Part shown: positions 10,000 through 23,000 of the stretch, in pieces | Position numbering within the stretch: the first letter of the stretch is position 1 | Layout of the letters: the number at the start of each line of letters is the position of its first letter | Assembly: GCA_965649825.1 (NCBI GenBank) | Contig: OZ287708.1 | Location: forward strand, 1 to 64,000 | DNA length: 64,000 nt | DNA from: Penicillus capitatus | Lineage: Eukaryota > Plantae > Chlorophyta | Direction: 5' to 3' | Program-made: the position numbers and the translations under genes | The notes under the pieces: model-generated | Told to the model about the DNA's origin: nothing | Databases searched by the model: none | The model's input: the letters and a program-made list of their open reading frames with translations, nothing else

Positions 10000-12900
10000 G
10001 GCCGCCTCGGTTGCTGCTCGCCGGCGGCCCGCGGAGGATGGGAACTGTGGCCGTTTGGCGGCGCATGCATGCGCCGCCGGACAGAGATATGGCCGCCAGC
10101 GAGACAGATTCGCAGAATTCTGTCGTCGGGACGCGCGACGCGGACGGGAGAGCGCTTTTGGATTCTAAGAATTGCGTTTTACAGGCAAGACTGTCTACAG
10201 TTTGTCGCTGTGCTCTCGTCTGAGTGTAACACGAGACGCATCTCATGCGGCTGTTGGACGCAAATCTCCGAACGGCGAACCGCTCGGAGGCAGCCCGAAG
10301 TTGCCTGGCCGGAGCGGCGAGTAAGGCGTTCTGTTTTGCACATGCGGCAAGGACTCGTCGTCGAGGCGGCCGTCTGTTTCTTACGTTTCCGCTGCAGACG
10401 CCGTCGGGAGAGCGTTTTGCGAGGTGTAACCCGAGTCGGTTTGAGGAGTTGCCGGTGCCACTAACTCCCTCGAACATGGAAGGCGCAACAGAACGGCCGG
10501 CCTTCTGCGACGAGCAGACGGCCACGGAGCCATTGTTCGAGTTCGTGTTCGCTCGCGGCGTCGCGTGTTTCGGAAGTCGCCGCTCGCACAGGCAAATGAA
10601 CTTCTATCGCGTATTAAACCAGCCGCGCAGAATCGTCTGTCTGTGAAGCAGTTGACGACTTCTTTGAACAAACCGGTAGGAGAGAGCTCCGGAGTTCTGA
10701 AAACAGTACTTCTAGGGATCTGTATCTCGCTGTGGTGCTGCAGCAAGCGAATTGCATTGAATGCAAGCCGGATGACGGAGAGGGTGGACGATTACGATCG
10801 TCTGACGACTGCGTGCAGGTAGATCGGTCAGGTGTCTTTCTCTGGCCGAAAGGACGTGTTCGACGTTGCCATGATAGGCCAGATGGAGTCTGTTCTCGAC
10901 TGCAGTCGATGTTGCGTTGCTCGGATCGGCAGCCGCGTTTGCAGGAAGATTCTCTGGCATCTTGCATGCGCTGTTCTCTGCCGGACGCGATCGCCTCAAC
11001 CGAGGATGCACTGTCACGTGACGAAAGCTACTGTCATCGGAGTTGTGTTTCTCATGGAGCTTTACGACTGTATACTGGATTCGACGCTGTTGGCAGAAGA
11101 GGGTTATTGGCTCGTCGCTTTTCTGCTAAGATAAGAGAGCCATGCAATGGTGTGTTTACACGGAACGACGACTCGTGTCAGAAGGCACATCCATTCGCGG
11201 TCGCGATCGCACAGCACTGCAGGAAGATTCTCCGACTGTGAATCCCGAGTACGGTATCGTTCGAGAAGCTGTTTTAGAATAGAAAACGACGACGGCACGG
11301 ACGACCTGGTGTTTGAATTCTCAGACGCAGACGCTGACTTGATTGCGGAGACCGAAGACGAGGTACATCGAGATGCGGCGGCGGGGGACAGAGCCACAGA
11401 ACGTCCAGCTAGAAACGCTGACGACGGTGAAGCATCGGATGATACAATCTCTGATAGCGAGGGAGACATCTCGGTCCAGCGGGTTTCCTCAGACTGCCTT
11501 GGAAGAAAAAGCAGCAAGAAGAGTGGCGTGTCGTGACGCTTCTGCTCACCAGTCACGGTCTCTCCCCAGTGCTCTACTCTGACGTCCCTGCCGGTCACTC
11601 GACTCACCTGGAGGATGCGTCTGTTCCCCGTCGTCCTTTGTCTACAGCGCGTTCTTTTGAGGACCTGGTGCACGGTTCGTCGGAGACAGCAATGGCCAAA
11701 CGACGCAGCTGTAAGCGATAGGACTGAGTCGAAGGACTCCGTAGACTTCGGTGATGTGTTGAAGAAGTGTAACGTCGAGCGGCCTTCTACTTGGTGGAGA
11801 TCTCTGACGTCAGAGACCCCGCCAACAGAGGAGGTAGTTGGGGGTCGAACAAAGGCGTTGTCTGCTGTCGGACACTACCTCCTTTTATAACACATGTCGC
11901 AAGATGACGTAACCCGACCGTCGTTGCTGTTTTCACTTAAGAGTGTCGATATTCCTGGAGCTTTTCGTCAGTGGACGTCTATCCGCACCGAGGAGCGTGT
12001 TAGAGACGCCTCGGATTGATCTCTTGGGCAGAAACAGACCGTACAATTTGCAGAGCTCTCTTCGAGGAGCCATCGCGGCACTGCCATCGGACGCCCTGAA
12101 CGCTCGCGCTTCCGTCGCGCGATGTGGTGCAGAAGCTCGCGCGCCGTCTTGACTCTCTTTCCTTTCATCCACCTCTCTCGCCGCATTCATTTCGCTATAC
12201 TGCGCTGAGGTGGCCAGCATTCTTGTCGCGCACGACGAGGCTGATACGGAAGTCCGCCGTTTTCCAAAAGGACTTTGGCAGTTCCCCGAGGAGGAGGATG
12301 CAAACATATTCAGCTCAAGAGGAGAGATTTTCAGGCTTACGCGGAAGATCCACTCTGCATCGTCTTCGGGGATGTTCTTTGATCCTTATGTCTGTTATCT
12401 GACTTGCCGACAAAGAGCAGAAATTGCCTTGCAGACGCGCACTCTGTCAAGATCTTCTTCCCATAGCGATGACATCGGCGTTCGGACAGGCGTCTCCGTT
12501 TAGCGAGCAGTCAGATGTCATTCCGACGATCTCGAAATTGAACGCAGCTATGCGGAGACGCACAGACCTCGATGTTGTTAGAAAAGGTAATAGGCGAGGC
12601 CACGTTAGAGGCGTATACCGATCACGGGCAGCGCGCACCGGCGAAAGGAGGATCGTCCACATCAGCGAGACGCGCCTTGACTGTGGGGCAGCAGAGATCT
12701 CGCTCGTTGCATCGAATGGTACAACGCCAGTCAGTTAACGCCATCTGAGCTGTCGAACGAGCGTTCCTGGAAGCTTGGAGTTCGACAACCTGTCGCGACT
12801 CTAGCTTCTACAGAGTTCACGGTGTTCTTGTATCTGTTTGCCTTTCGTCAAAGTCTTCGCGTTCATCTGTTGCCCTTTGCTCGAACTGCGACGTCGTCAA

Positions 12901-15900
12901 GGCGATGAAACGAAGACGGCCGATCGTCGTGTCAATGCGCGCGCTCTTCTTCGTCATCGAACAACTGCACTTGCTGCAATGCACACACTCGCCGGACGGC
13001 GAAAAGAGGCCACGCCGAATTCTAGACGTTGCGCTGTGTAAAGAGCTTCGAAGAGGCGATCGTTCGTCTCGCGCACTTACCTTCGAATTACGTCGCCGGC
13101 TGTCGGCGGCACGCAACGACTCTTTTTTTCCATCACGGGCAAACGTGCTGTAGCTTGTACTGAGCCATACCCGATCCGTGCCGTTTCGAATCGATTTGCA
13201 AGATGGAACTGCGAGCTGAACTGTTTAAGAATCCGGCACATCGACGGGCCCTTGTCTCTCGATCAATAGCCACTTCGTCGACATAGCCGCCACGAGTCTA
13301 TTCTCATCCATAGAATACTTACGAGATCTCAGGCGCTGCAAGGACACCCGGCACTCGCGTGCACCTCACGGACAGAAGCGCAATACCGTTGTGTTACAGA
13401 CAGGAATCATTGCGGCACACGAGAAGCTCGGCAATTGTCCACCCGTGGTCATACGGCGTGATGTGCTTGCTGCGTTTCGGAACCTAAGTGATGGCGCCTG
13501 GTCGGAGTAGCCGTCGACCTCCTTTTGTCGGCGAGAGCAAATGCAGCGAAGAGATCAGCGGATACTAGACATCTTCGGCCCAGAAGTGGCGACGAAGTTG
13601 GCCATGGAATGCGTTCTGCAACGCCGACCACAATAGTCGAAAAGGAACCGCTGACTTAGCGTTCCTTCGTCGAATCGTAACTCGCACGCAACGCAGCGTA
13701 ACGGGAAAAGAGACGAACAGCTTACAATGCTTGTAAAATGTCACTCTTTAGAAGAATGTGATTTTCAGCAAAAAAAGTGTTACATTTTTGGTGCAAGGAA
13801 GCTATTAACTCGTCACTCTTCAGAAAGTGTGGCATCCAGTGAAAAGTGCAGGTTTGGAAAAATGTGACATCCAATGATAAGTGCAAGGTCGGTGGTGCGT
13901 GGAGGAAGAGATGCCCACTCCGCCACAAAGTCTACAGAGAAGGAGTGAGAAAGTGTGAGTGTGTGACAAGAGGACTTACGGTCGGCGAGCGGCGCCTCAC
14001 AGTGCGGCGCGGGCGGTCTCCCTGAACGAACACTGATACCGATTCCAGTCAGAGTGCGCGAGGAGAACGAAATGCAACTGAGGATCGACTACTAGGAAGC
14101 AGGTATGCCACTCTCGGTGCAGCGACGCGCAGCGCGGACATGCAGGAAAGGGGTCATGACATGAAGGAAGGGAAAAGGGACCCGACCGAGTAAACACAAT
14201 CACAACAGGAAACAGCAAAAACAAAGAGAAATAAACACATGCAGGTAGGCAAACAGGCAGGAAAAGGTAAAAGGAACAGTGAACACGTAGGGAAAACAGG
14301 AAGACATGCAAGCAGCAAAGGAGATAGACACAGGAAAGGAAAGGATGACAAAAACAACAGGGGGAGACAAAGAGAGACACCCAGGAGGGAGGAGAGAGGA
14401 AAAGGAACAGAAAAGACGGTCCTGGGTGTTGAGAGCAACACACCACCGCCGTTCATCGGCAGTGTACATCCGCCTGCCCCGTGTGCGCGACCCCGAAAGG
14501 CGGGCAGGTCGCCAAGGCCCTACCCGCTGGTGCCGCGAAGGGTGTGCGGCACCGCTGCCTCGGGGTGGGGTAGTGGATGCGTTTTGCTGGCGGCGGATTC
14601 GGTGCTCTGGATTCTGATTAACTCCAAGCTCGATGCATTCTCCATGTTCTTGGTCGCTGGCCATGAGGAGCGGATTCTCTAAGTGACCGGCCAGTTTTTC
14701 ATCCCGAATCTATTATTCAATCGCATCAAAAACATGAAAGGAGTTGGCAGGTAGCCTTACTCTTGATTCTTGGTATCAGCGAGAGGTCTCTGCGCTGTGG
14801 CAACGACAGAGGCGGAGATTGAGACCACTTCGCCTGGCCAAGAGTCCGCGGCATCAACAGAATGAAGCTGAGAATGTCTTCTATCCAGTGATGAACTTGA
14901 TCAGTCTTCAAGTTGTTGTCTCTCCAGTCAGTCTTCGGTAGCCAATGGCTTAGATGCTTCCTCTTCCCGTGCACCCAGAGAAGAACGCCTGAATCCGTGG
15001 GTGATGGGACTCCTGATGAGGGCTCTGTCTCCAGCCATGTCTGCTGGGACTCATCTCTTGTGCGGAGAAAGATGTTCCTCTTATCTCTGTAGACCGTCGC
15101 ACCGTTCAGAGAAGAGAGTGCAAAAGAATGGCAAACCTCTCGATTTCATCTTTCGAGTGGGTGCTGCTGATCTTTGTCTGTGGCAGACTAAAATCTGACT
15201 GCTTACTGCAGCTTCAGTCCAGAGCTGCTTCGCAAAGGCATCTCGTTTGCAAGACCGACTCTTCCCTTCCAGAGGTGTTGGTGGTCGGGAAATGAAGAAG
15301 TCCTGTCCGCTGCAGATTACAGTCCTTTGGACAAGACATTGACGCCTGATGGAGAACCCCGACCGGACTGGGACACATACATCACTCTTTCCAGCTGATG
15401 CGATGTGTTGCTCTACAACGAACATCCTTCCACTGCCTGGGACACCGTGATCAAACGCACTCTAAGACTTTAAGGCTGACCTTAATGTGGTGAGTCGTCT
15501 ACTGGGAGATTGAGCTTGAATGGATGGAGGTTGTGGATCCTGTCGATATATCTTTGAGGCCAGTCCTATCAGTTCGGAGTTCCACATGCCCCAGAGTGTC
15601 ACCGTGACCAGTCAGTCTTTCTTCGATGACCATGGACGCTTCCTTTGTCTGGACAAAGTCTGGTCATCTATTCAACAGCGTCCTCTACCTTCACAAGGGC
15701 CCGGAGGGATCATTTAAATGTGTGACTCCTTTCGGTGATCTCACCTGTGAGATGGAGCACTGTTGGCGTGCCTTTAGGCTTCTTGAGATATGCTTGCCAG
15801 ACGCATTCGGAAAGCACAGTATGCCAGTCGGCACATTGACTCTGGGAAGGTGAGGCATCTCCAGACTGGCGGCAACTTTACGCATAGTGATCACTCTCAC

Positions 15901-17421
15901 AGTCGATCCAGTTTTCTGATAGGTGCTATATACACTTGATGCGGAAGAAACTGCGTTTGTTTCCCTTGGATGGATGCTTCTATACATCAGCTGCATTCCT
16001 GAGAGTTTGGCAAATCTGACTGCTTCATCTTGGCACATCTTAGACGGATGAACTGTTGTTTTGTGTCTGACCTCTGAGAGACTAAGGATGATCCGGACCA
16101 GACTTGCCCGGACATGCGTTCCAGGATCTTTCGAGAGAACTTTCACTGTCAACCTCATAAAAGCTTCTGAGCAAGAGTGACATCTTCAAAATGACGAAAT
16201 GCTTGTGCTTCAAATCATATCTCCCAGTGGATACCCGCCTCCTCTGCTTGGTGCCGAATTCCATTGATGCTACTGTGCATCAGCTGCGTTCTGAGGATAG
16301 GCGAAATCGATTGCTTCATCTTGCCAGGTGTGGACGAACTGCACTTTGTTTTGCGTTCTCCGAGAGGAGAAGAGTGATCCATTAAACTTCCCCGAACAGT
16401 CTCTTCGGATTCTTTTGCTGTGCTTTAGAGCACAAGGCAACACGGCGGATTCTTCACAGGCGTGGCAGCTCATACTGGCAAGAGGCTAGCTCTTCCTGGC
16501 GGCTCCATCACTTTCGCGTTCTGTCAAATTTCTTCGTGAAATTCTGAGCATCCGCGTCACTGAAATATGCCAGATACCTACAGATGGATGTTTCGTACAT
16601 CTCAAGGTATCCAAAAAGACGTCGCCGAAACCTGCTCCGGTCTCATTCTGGAAAGACCGGTCATGTCTCTGTGGGATGCTCGCAAACCAACAAGACATCA
16701 CATCTCGTTGTGCTGTGCCGATGTAGGCACGCATCAGACACTCGACCGACTGGATCCTCTTGCATGAAGCTCCTCATCTCTTGAAAACACGCTGAGCGGT
16801 TCCTTCCTCGAAGCATTTCCTGCACAGTCTGGATCACAACGCATCTGGAAAACATGACAGGTCTTACAGTGGAGGATTGGATGAATGGTTGTCCATGCAA
16901 GCACTCTGGTGGCAAACGGCGTGTTCCAGAACAGAGAGTCTGTGTTCAAAGGACTGTCTATTTTCATCGCCATGGACCTTATCACTCTCCTTCGTCGTCA
17001 GATGCACTCCATGCACTTCTCTGTCACACTCAGTGCTCTTGGCCGCGGTGACTTCGCCGCTGTCCACTCACTGACAACGCAAACCGAGGTCCAGAATCTC
17101 AAAGAACGGCGAAAGACGATTCGTGGCTTCTCGACGAGCCGAGTCCATGCAAACTGGTTCGTTTCTGATGACGATTCTAGAACCACAGAGGAGTTAGGGT
17201 TCTGAAAATGGACTAAGATCGACTCACTCTCTTCATGTCATTGAACACAATTCATAGTGCGCTTTCTCGTCGCTGCCTTCAAGGCACCATCCGTTGTTCT
17301 TGCCTTGAAACGGACAACACAACTGGAACGAAAAAGCAGAACAGGGATATCTTGAGCAGCACATTCAAACTAAACGTGTCAGCCTCCATCCACGATAAAA
17401 TAAAGAGTAGGACACGGCAAC

Positions 17422-17612
17422 TCCGGACAGCGAGACAGCAGGTAGGATCATCCGGACAGCGAGACAGCAGGTAGGATCATCCGGACAGCGAGACAGCAGG
17501 TAGGATCATCCGGACAGCGAGACAGCAGGTAGGATCATCCGGACAGCGAGACAGCAGGTAGGATCATCCGGACAGCGAGACAGCAGGTAGGATCATCCGG
17601 ACAGCGAGACAG
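17422..17612. repeat. Perfect 29-bp minisatellite (TCCGGACAGCGAGACAGCAGGTAGGATCA) x6 plus a partial copy
   Basis: Units start at 17422, 17451, 17480, 17509, 17538, 17567 and 17596, with no spacers. Confidence 0.95.
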
Positions 17613-18684
17613 ACAGCAGCAGGCTGGGACAGTACAGCCTCTAGACAGGAAACCGGCAGGTAGAACACGGCAGAGCTCAGGGCAACAAAACAGCAAGTAG
17701 AACTCGGCAGTCTCCGTCCAAAGTAAAGAAAGAACTATGACATACAAGCCTCGCAACTGCAAAATACCGAGTAGGATGCGGTAGCCTCCATGCAGCAACA
17801 CATCTCCGTTGAGCAAAACAGAAATAAAACGATCATAGCCTCTCCACAGAGCACACCAAATAGGATGCGGTAGCCTCCGTGCAGCTAGACAGCAGGTACG
17901 AACAAGACAGTCCAGTGGAGTGAAACAGAAAACAAAATGACCACAAATTCAAGGCAACAAAACAGCAAATGAGACATGAGACCATCCGAGCAGTTTAGCA
18001 GCTGAAAAGACATGGCATCATGCAGGCAGCAAGAGAGCAACTGGGACATGCCAGCCTCCGTGCAACAGCTCAGAAATCAGAACGATGCTAGCCTCCAGGC
18101 AGCAGATCAGAAATCAAGACGATATCATCCTCAGGGTAACAAAACAGCAGGTAGAACGATGCCAGCCATCGTACAGCAGATCAGAAATCACAGCAACGCC
18201 AGCCTCCAGACAGCGAGAGATCAGGTAAGACAACGCCAGCCTCCGTGCAGCAGATCAGAAATCAAAGCAAGGCCAGCCTCCGTGCAGCGAGACAGTAGGT
18301 CGGATCATGGCAACCTCCGGACAGCAAAACAGCAAACATGACAACGACAGCCTCCCACAGCAAATGACAGCAGGTAGAACCATGATAGCCTCCGGGCAGC
18401 AAAACAGCTAAAACAAGGCCAATCACAACAAAGCGAAGGTTGATGGCCAGAAAACAGGAAAAAACAAGAAAACAGCACCCTTTGGATCTTTTTGTTTTTT
18501 TTATTTTTTGATGTCACACTTCTAAGTGTGATGTTATTTATTTTTTTATTTTTTTAAATTTTTTGACATCTCACACAAAAAAGTGTGAGATGTATGAGAA
18601 ATAAAAATTTTTTGTACTTTTAATTTTTTCTGCCCCCGCCAAAAAAACAGCTGTCGAAAGGGAGAAGACATTGGGCCCCTCAAT

Positions 18685-20011
18685 CTAATCCTGAATGAAA
18701 ACCTATACAAACAGTAGCAATAGATGAGAAAGGAAAAAAGAGTGACTTACGCATTCTCCAGAGAGGAAGAAGAGGCGCTCCGGGATGGCAGGACCGAGGC
18801 GTACACACTCTCCAGAAAGAAAATACGGCCGCGGAGGAATGCCCAACGGGCCGACCGAGAAGACAAAGGGGCGTGGGGGGATTGGTGGTGGGCAGTTGAG
18901 GGAAAAACGAGAGGTTCGTACCGGAAAGGGAGGGGGATAGAAAGGGAGTGAAAACTTCAAAGGGCGGGACGGGATGACCGGAGGAGGCGATGCGGGGATG
19001 CAAAAAACTCCCGGGCGTGGGGGGAAGAGAGGAGATTTTACAGGCTCTGGACAGGGAGGAGAAAGGGTGGGTTGTGGAGATGACGAGGGGGACCACTCCA
19101 TGGGAAAAGGGGGTGACGGCTGGAAAGGAGGAGGAGGCTGCTGAGGTTGCTGCGAAGCCGGAGGTGGGCACGGCGACTGATGCGCCTGGGACGGCGGCAC
19201 GGAAGCAGAAGGTCCAGAAGGCCAGAGAGAAGGCAGATCCTCCATTGGCTGAGGAGGCGATGGGGGCTCGGATGGCGGCATGGAGAGAGGAACCTCGGAT
19301 GGCTGCGTTGATTGAGGCTGGGACGGCGGCGGAGAACTCGGAGGCGGATTGCACGGAATATGCTGCTCAGGTGCCTGTGAGAACAAACCTGCTGAGTGAT
19401 CTTGGCCTGACGGCATCTTACCTCTCCGACTCCGGTCTCCATCTCAGACTGGCCCTGAGCCAGGCGTTCCCTCCTCTGTTCCGAGGAGAGAACCCTGGCT
19501 CGCCGTCCCCTGCGAGGCTGTTCGGTCTGGGCCCGCGGAGGCCCAAACCGAACAGGAGGGGCCTGTTGCTGCAGCAGCTCCTGGCCCCTCCGAGCAGTCG
19601 TCTGGGCCTTCAAGGCCCAGTACAACTGCTCGCGCTCGCCCTCCTCCATGTGCCTGAACGCTCTCGGAGGCCTGTTACCCAGGACCTCCTCGAGCGTTAC
19701 CTGGGAAAACCTAGTAGGAAACACACAAAGTCAGTAATGTCAGGAGCATGGCCAGAAAAGACGGTCAAGGTGCAGATATCCGAAAACAGGGAAAGAGAGA
19801 TGTGTCTGGAAGAACAGGACGGCGGATGCGTCGTTGTAAGCAAGTATGAGCGAACGAATGTGTCGGAATCGGTCGTATCCATGTGCATGGAGCGCGCCAT
19901 GCAACAGGCGGGTCGTTTTGAAGCGCGCGACGCGTCGAAACACGAGAACAGGACTTACGGTTTCCCAGGGTAGCCGTAGTCCTCTTCAGTCATCATTCGT
20001 ACGTCGGCCAT
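18685..20011 (-). CDS. Orphan gene X, copy B (exons 20011-19959, 19710-19422, 19374-18751, 18702-18685; ~327 aa)
   Basis: Exon 1 = 53 nt and exon 2 = 289 nt as in the other copies; 47-nt intron 2; ends VFIQD*. Confidence 0.8.
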
Positions 20012-23000
20012 GGTCACTGAAGTCGGTCGCAGAAAGCAAACGGCAGGAACCCGAAACTCGAGTGCGGAAGGGTCAGCGACAGGACCTTTATAGGCCGCCT
20101 CGGTTGCGGCTCGCCGGCGGCCCGCGGAGGATGGGAACTGTGGCCGTTTGGCGGCGCCTGCATGCGCCGCCGGACAGAGATATGGCCGCCAGCGAGCCAG
20201 AATCGCAGGATTCTGTCGTCGGGACGCGCGACGCGGACGGGAGAGCGCTTTTGGATTCTAAGAATTGCGTTTTACAGGCAAGGCTGTCTGCAGTTTGTCG
20301 CTGTGCTCTCTCGTCTGAGTGTAACACGAGACGCATCTCATGCGGCTGTTGGACGCAAATCTCCGAACGGCGAACCGCTCGGAGGCAGCCCGGCGTTGCC
20401 TGAGCGGAGCGACGAGGAAGACGTTCTGTTTTGCACATGCGGCAAGGACTCGTCGTCGCGGCGGCCGTCTGTTTCGGACGTTTCCGCCACAGACGCCATC
20501 GAGACAGCGTTTCGCGAGGTGTAACCCGAGTCGGTTTGAGGAGTTGTCGGTGCCGCTAACTCCCTCGAACATGGAAGGCGCAACAGAACGGCCGGCCTCC
20601 TGTGACGACCAGACGACCACAGAGCCATTGTTCTAGTTTGTGTTCGCGCGAGGCGTCGCGTGTTTCGGAAGTCGCCGCTCATAGTCATTAACGAATCCGG
20701 TCGCTTTCTATGTCGGCTGTGCAGGCCTGCTGCCTTTTCTACGAAACCATCGATCGCACTGTATCGAGAACGAGTTGTGTGATGGAGCTGTCGATCACGA
20801 TCGGGCCAGTTTCGATCCCTGGCCATCGCCTACCTTCTTTCCGATATATTCTACTGCACGGCATGCGCCAAAGATTCAGATTGTCATAGGAACTGGCTGG
20901 AATACCGCTGGATTCTCATTGGAATCATCCTTGCAGTTCCATTCTTTGTGTCTCTGTGTTCTGAGACAATGAGAGGTCTGACGGAGAGCGTCCGTCTTCT
21001 GTTCGAAGGACACCTGTCGAAATTCGTTGCAACGAAACACGAGCAAATATCGCCAACTGCTCTGAGTGCGTGTGGCGTTCTATGACGATGTCGTCAGAGC
21101 TGGAGATGATCTCTTGTACGGCAAGAGCGTTGAGGAATGCATGTACAAGACCGTTGATCGTCGGCTCCTGTCTTTGCCGTTTGGACTGGCGATTCGGCAT
21201 TCCTCACCGAACACCGAGCGAGATACATGTCAATATCGACGTGCGGGACCGAGTCCAATAGATGCGTTGCATTCACAGAACTTGGCGCTTCCTTAGATGA
21301 TAGTGTGAGAAAACATACATTTGGTGATGAGCTCTGTGGACTGTAAAACGATTTCAGATGAGAGAGTGTGTCTGTTTACGATGAACGGGAGTGCCAACAG
21401 ACACTGGCTGTCGCGTATAGCACCTTTACCTGGCAGGCAAGGAACGCGTGGTTGTTGAGCCAGTGGTCACAGTCAATGAACCGTTGAGCAGGAAATCGAG
21501 GAGTTGCGGTGTACTGATGATGGCAGACACACAAGAAGACCGCATTAGAGGTCAGACAGAAGTGTCGAAATCTGGAATCCTAGATTCCTGACGAAAACGC
21601 AAGAGAGATGTCGAAACTCGTGCGTTGTCGGGGATGTGAGAAGCACTGAGATCGAGGTGATGCAAGGTACGGACTTAGGCAGAAGTGAAGCGTCACCGCC
21701 TGCTTCCGACGTGTGGATCAATGCGTGCGGGTGTCCACGCCTCGATGCTTCGGCTGACAAAGCGAAACGAGACACCAGCGGAGGATACCAGTCGTAAATT
21801 TGGTTGGCTACCGTACCAACGCTTCCACTTAAATAGCCTGCTCAAAGAACTGATGGGCGCATGGGTTCGATGCTCGAATACATCTCACGTACTCTGTTTT
21901 GCCACAATGTGTTCCTTTCTAGCTGTGGCCGTTGTCGTTGCCTTACCGTCGCATCGGTTTTGACGCTGTTTTCAGAAATCGATTCTATTTCTCTATCTAT
22001 TCATATATTGAGTGCGCTGTGCACTTGAATACTTTATGCATTGTATTCGTGCTTTTAATCTCCAACGAAATGTGGTTTCGCGGCTTTGTCTGTGGCCGTT
22101 GTTGAGAAAGCGGTTTCTTGTTCAGAGCGAACATGTAAATCTAACACTGTAGAATAGACGGTCGACGAGGAAAGACTCCTTGCGGCCACATTTTATTCAA
22201 ATCTCCATTCTCCAGAGATTTTTGAGTGGATCTGTTGATGGGATAGACGACTCAGGCAAAAACACTATTCTTATCTAGTATGCTTATCGTTGAATTGCTT
22301 TGAACCATTATTGTTTCCAGTTCTTAAGCTTTAGCACTCCGGGAATCACTGTTAACGTAAGACATCCTATCAAACCTACGAAAACAGAGTTGCCTGTATG
22401 TATGTAAAAGATGTAACTCCAATCATGTTCCCATGTCGACGACATCGGCTTTCGGATCGGCGTTGCCATTTAGCGAGCGTTCAAATCTATTGTCGACGAT
22501 CTTCTAGACATTGAATAAACGATACGCGGAGTCGCGTAGACCTCGCTGTCGCGTCAGGAGACGCTGAAAGACGAACAATTGTGCAGGCCTCGTAGAGGGA
22601 TTCGTCAAACACAATCAACGCGGACTGGAGAAAGGCAGATCGCCCAGATCAGAGAGAGGCCCAAGATGTGGGGCGGCAGGAATGTCGGTCGAAGCGCTGA
22701 ATGTCATAGCGCCAGTCCGCTGTCGCCATCTAAGCTGTTGAACACGCATTCCTGGAAGCCTGCGCTCTACGGCGTCTCGCGACTGCGTCCTCTCCAGAGT
22801 TCACACTCTTCTTACAACTATTCGCCTTTTATCGAAGTCTTCTGTGTTCTTCTGTTACCCTTTGCTTCAACTTCGACGTCGCCAAGGCGATAAAACGAAA
22901 AACAGCCCGTTCGTCGTGCCAATGCGTGCACGCTCTTCTTCGTCCCAAACAGCTGCACGGATTGTAGTGCGCTCACTCATCAACAGTGGAAAGAGTCTGC

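Larger units (their letters stand above)
3540..11910. repeat. Repeat unit A (~9-10 kb unit; boundaries approximate)
   Basis: The same ordered blocks recur near 13.3-21.5 kb, 23.3-38.3 kb and 54.5-62.9 kb. Confidence 0.85.
12400..21540. repeat. Repeat unit B (boundaries approximate)
   Basis: Same block order as unit A. Left flank 12.5-13.7 kb is homologous to 22.5-23.7 kb; right flank 20.6-21.5 kb is homologous to 30.4-30.9 plus 37.9-38.3 kb. Confidence 0.8.

Noticed and set aside
10732-13200. Cys-rich and acidic plus-strand ORF fragments (also 61713-63900) as genes
   Set aside because: Stops and frame differences between the two copies, and no recognisable motifs; possibly old pseudogene debris, but not supportable.
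17422-17612. 29-bp repeats as a CRISPR array
   Set aside because: The repeats are head-to-tail with no spacers, there are no cas genes, and the context is eukaryotic.
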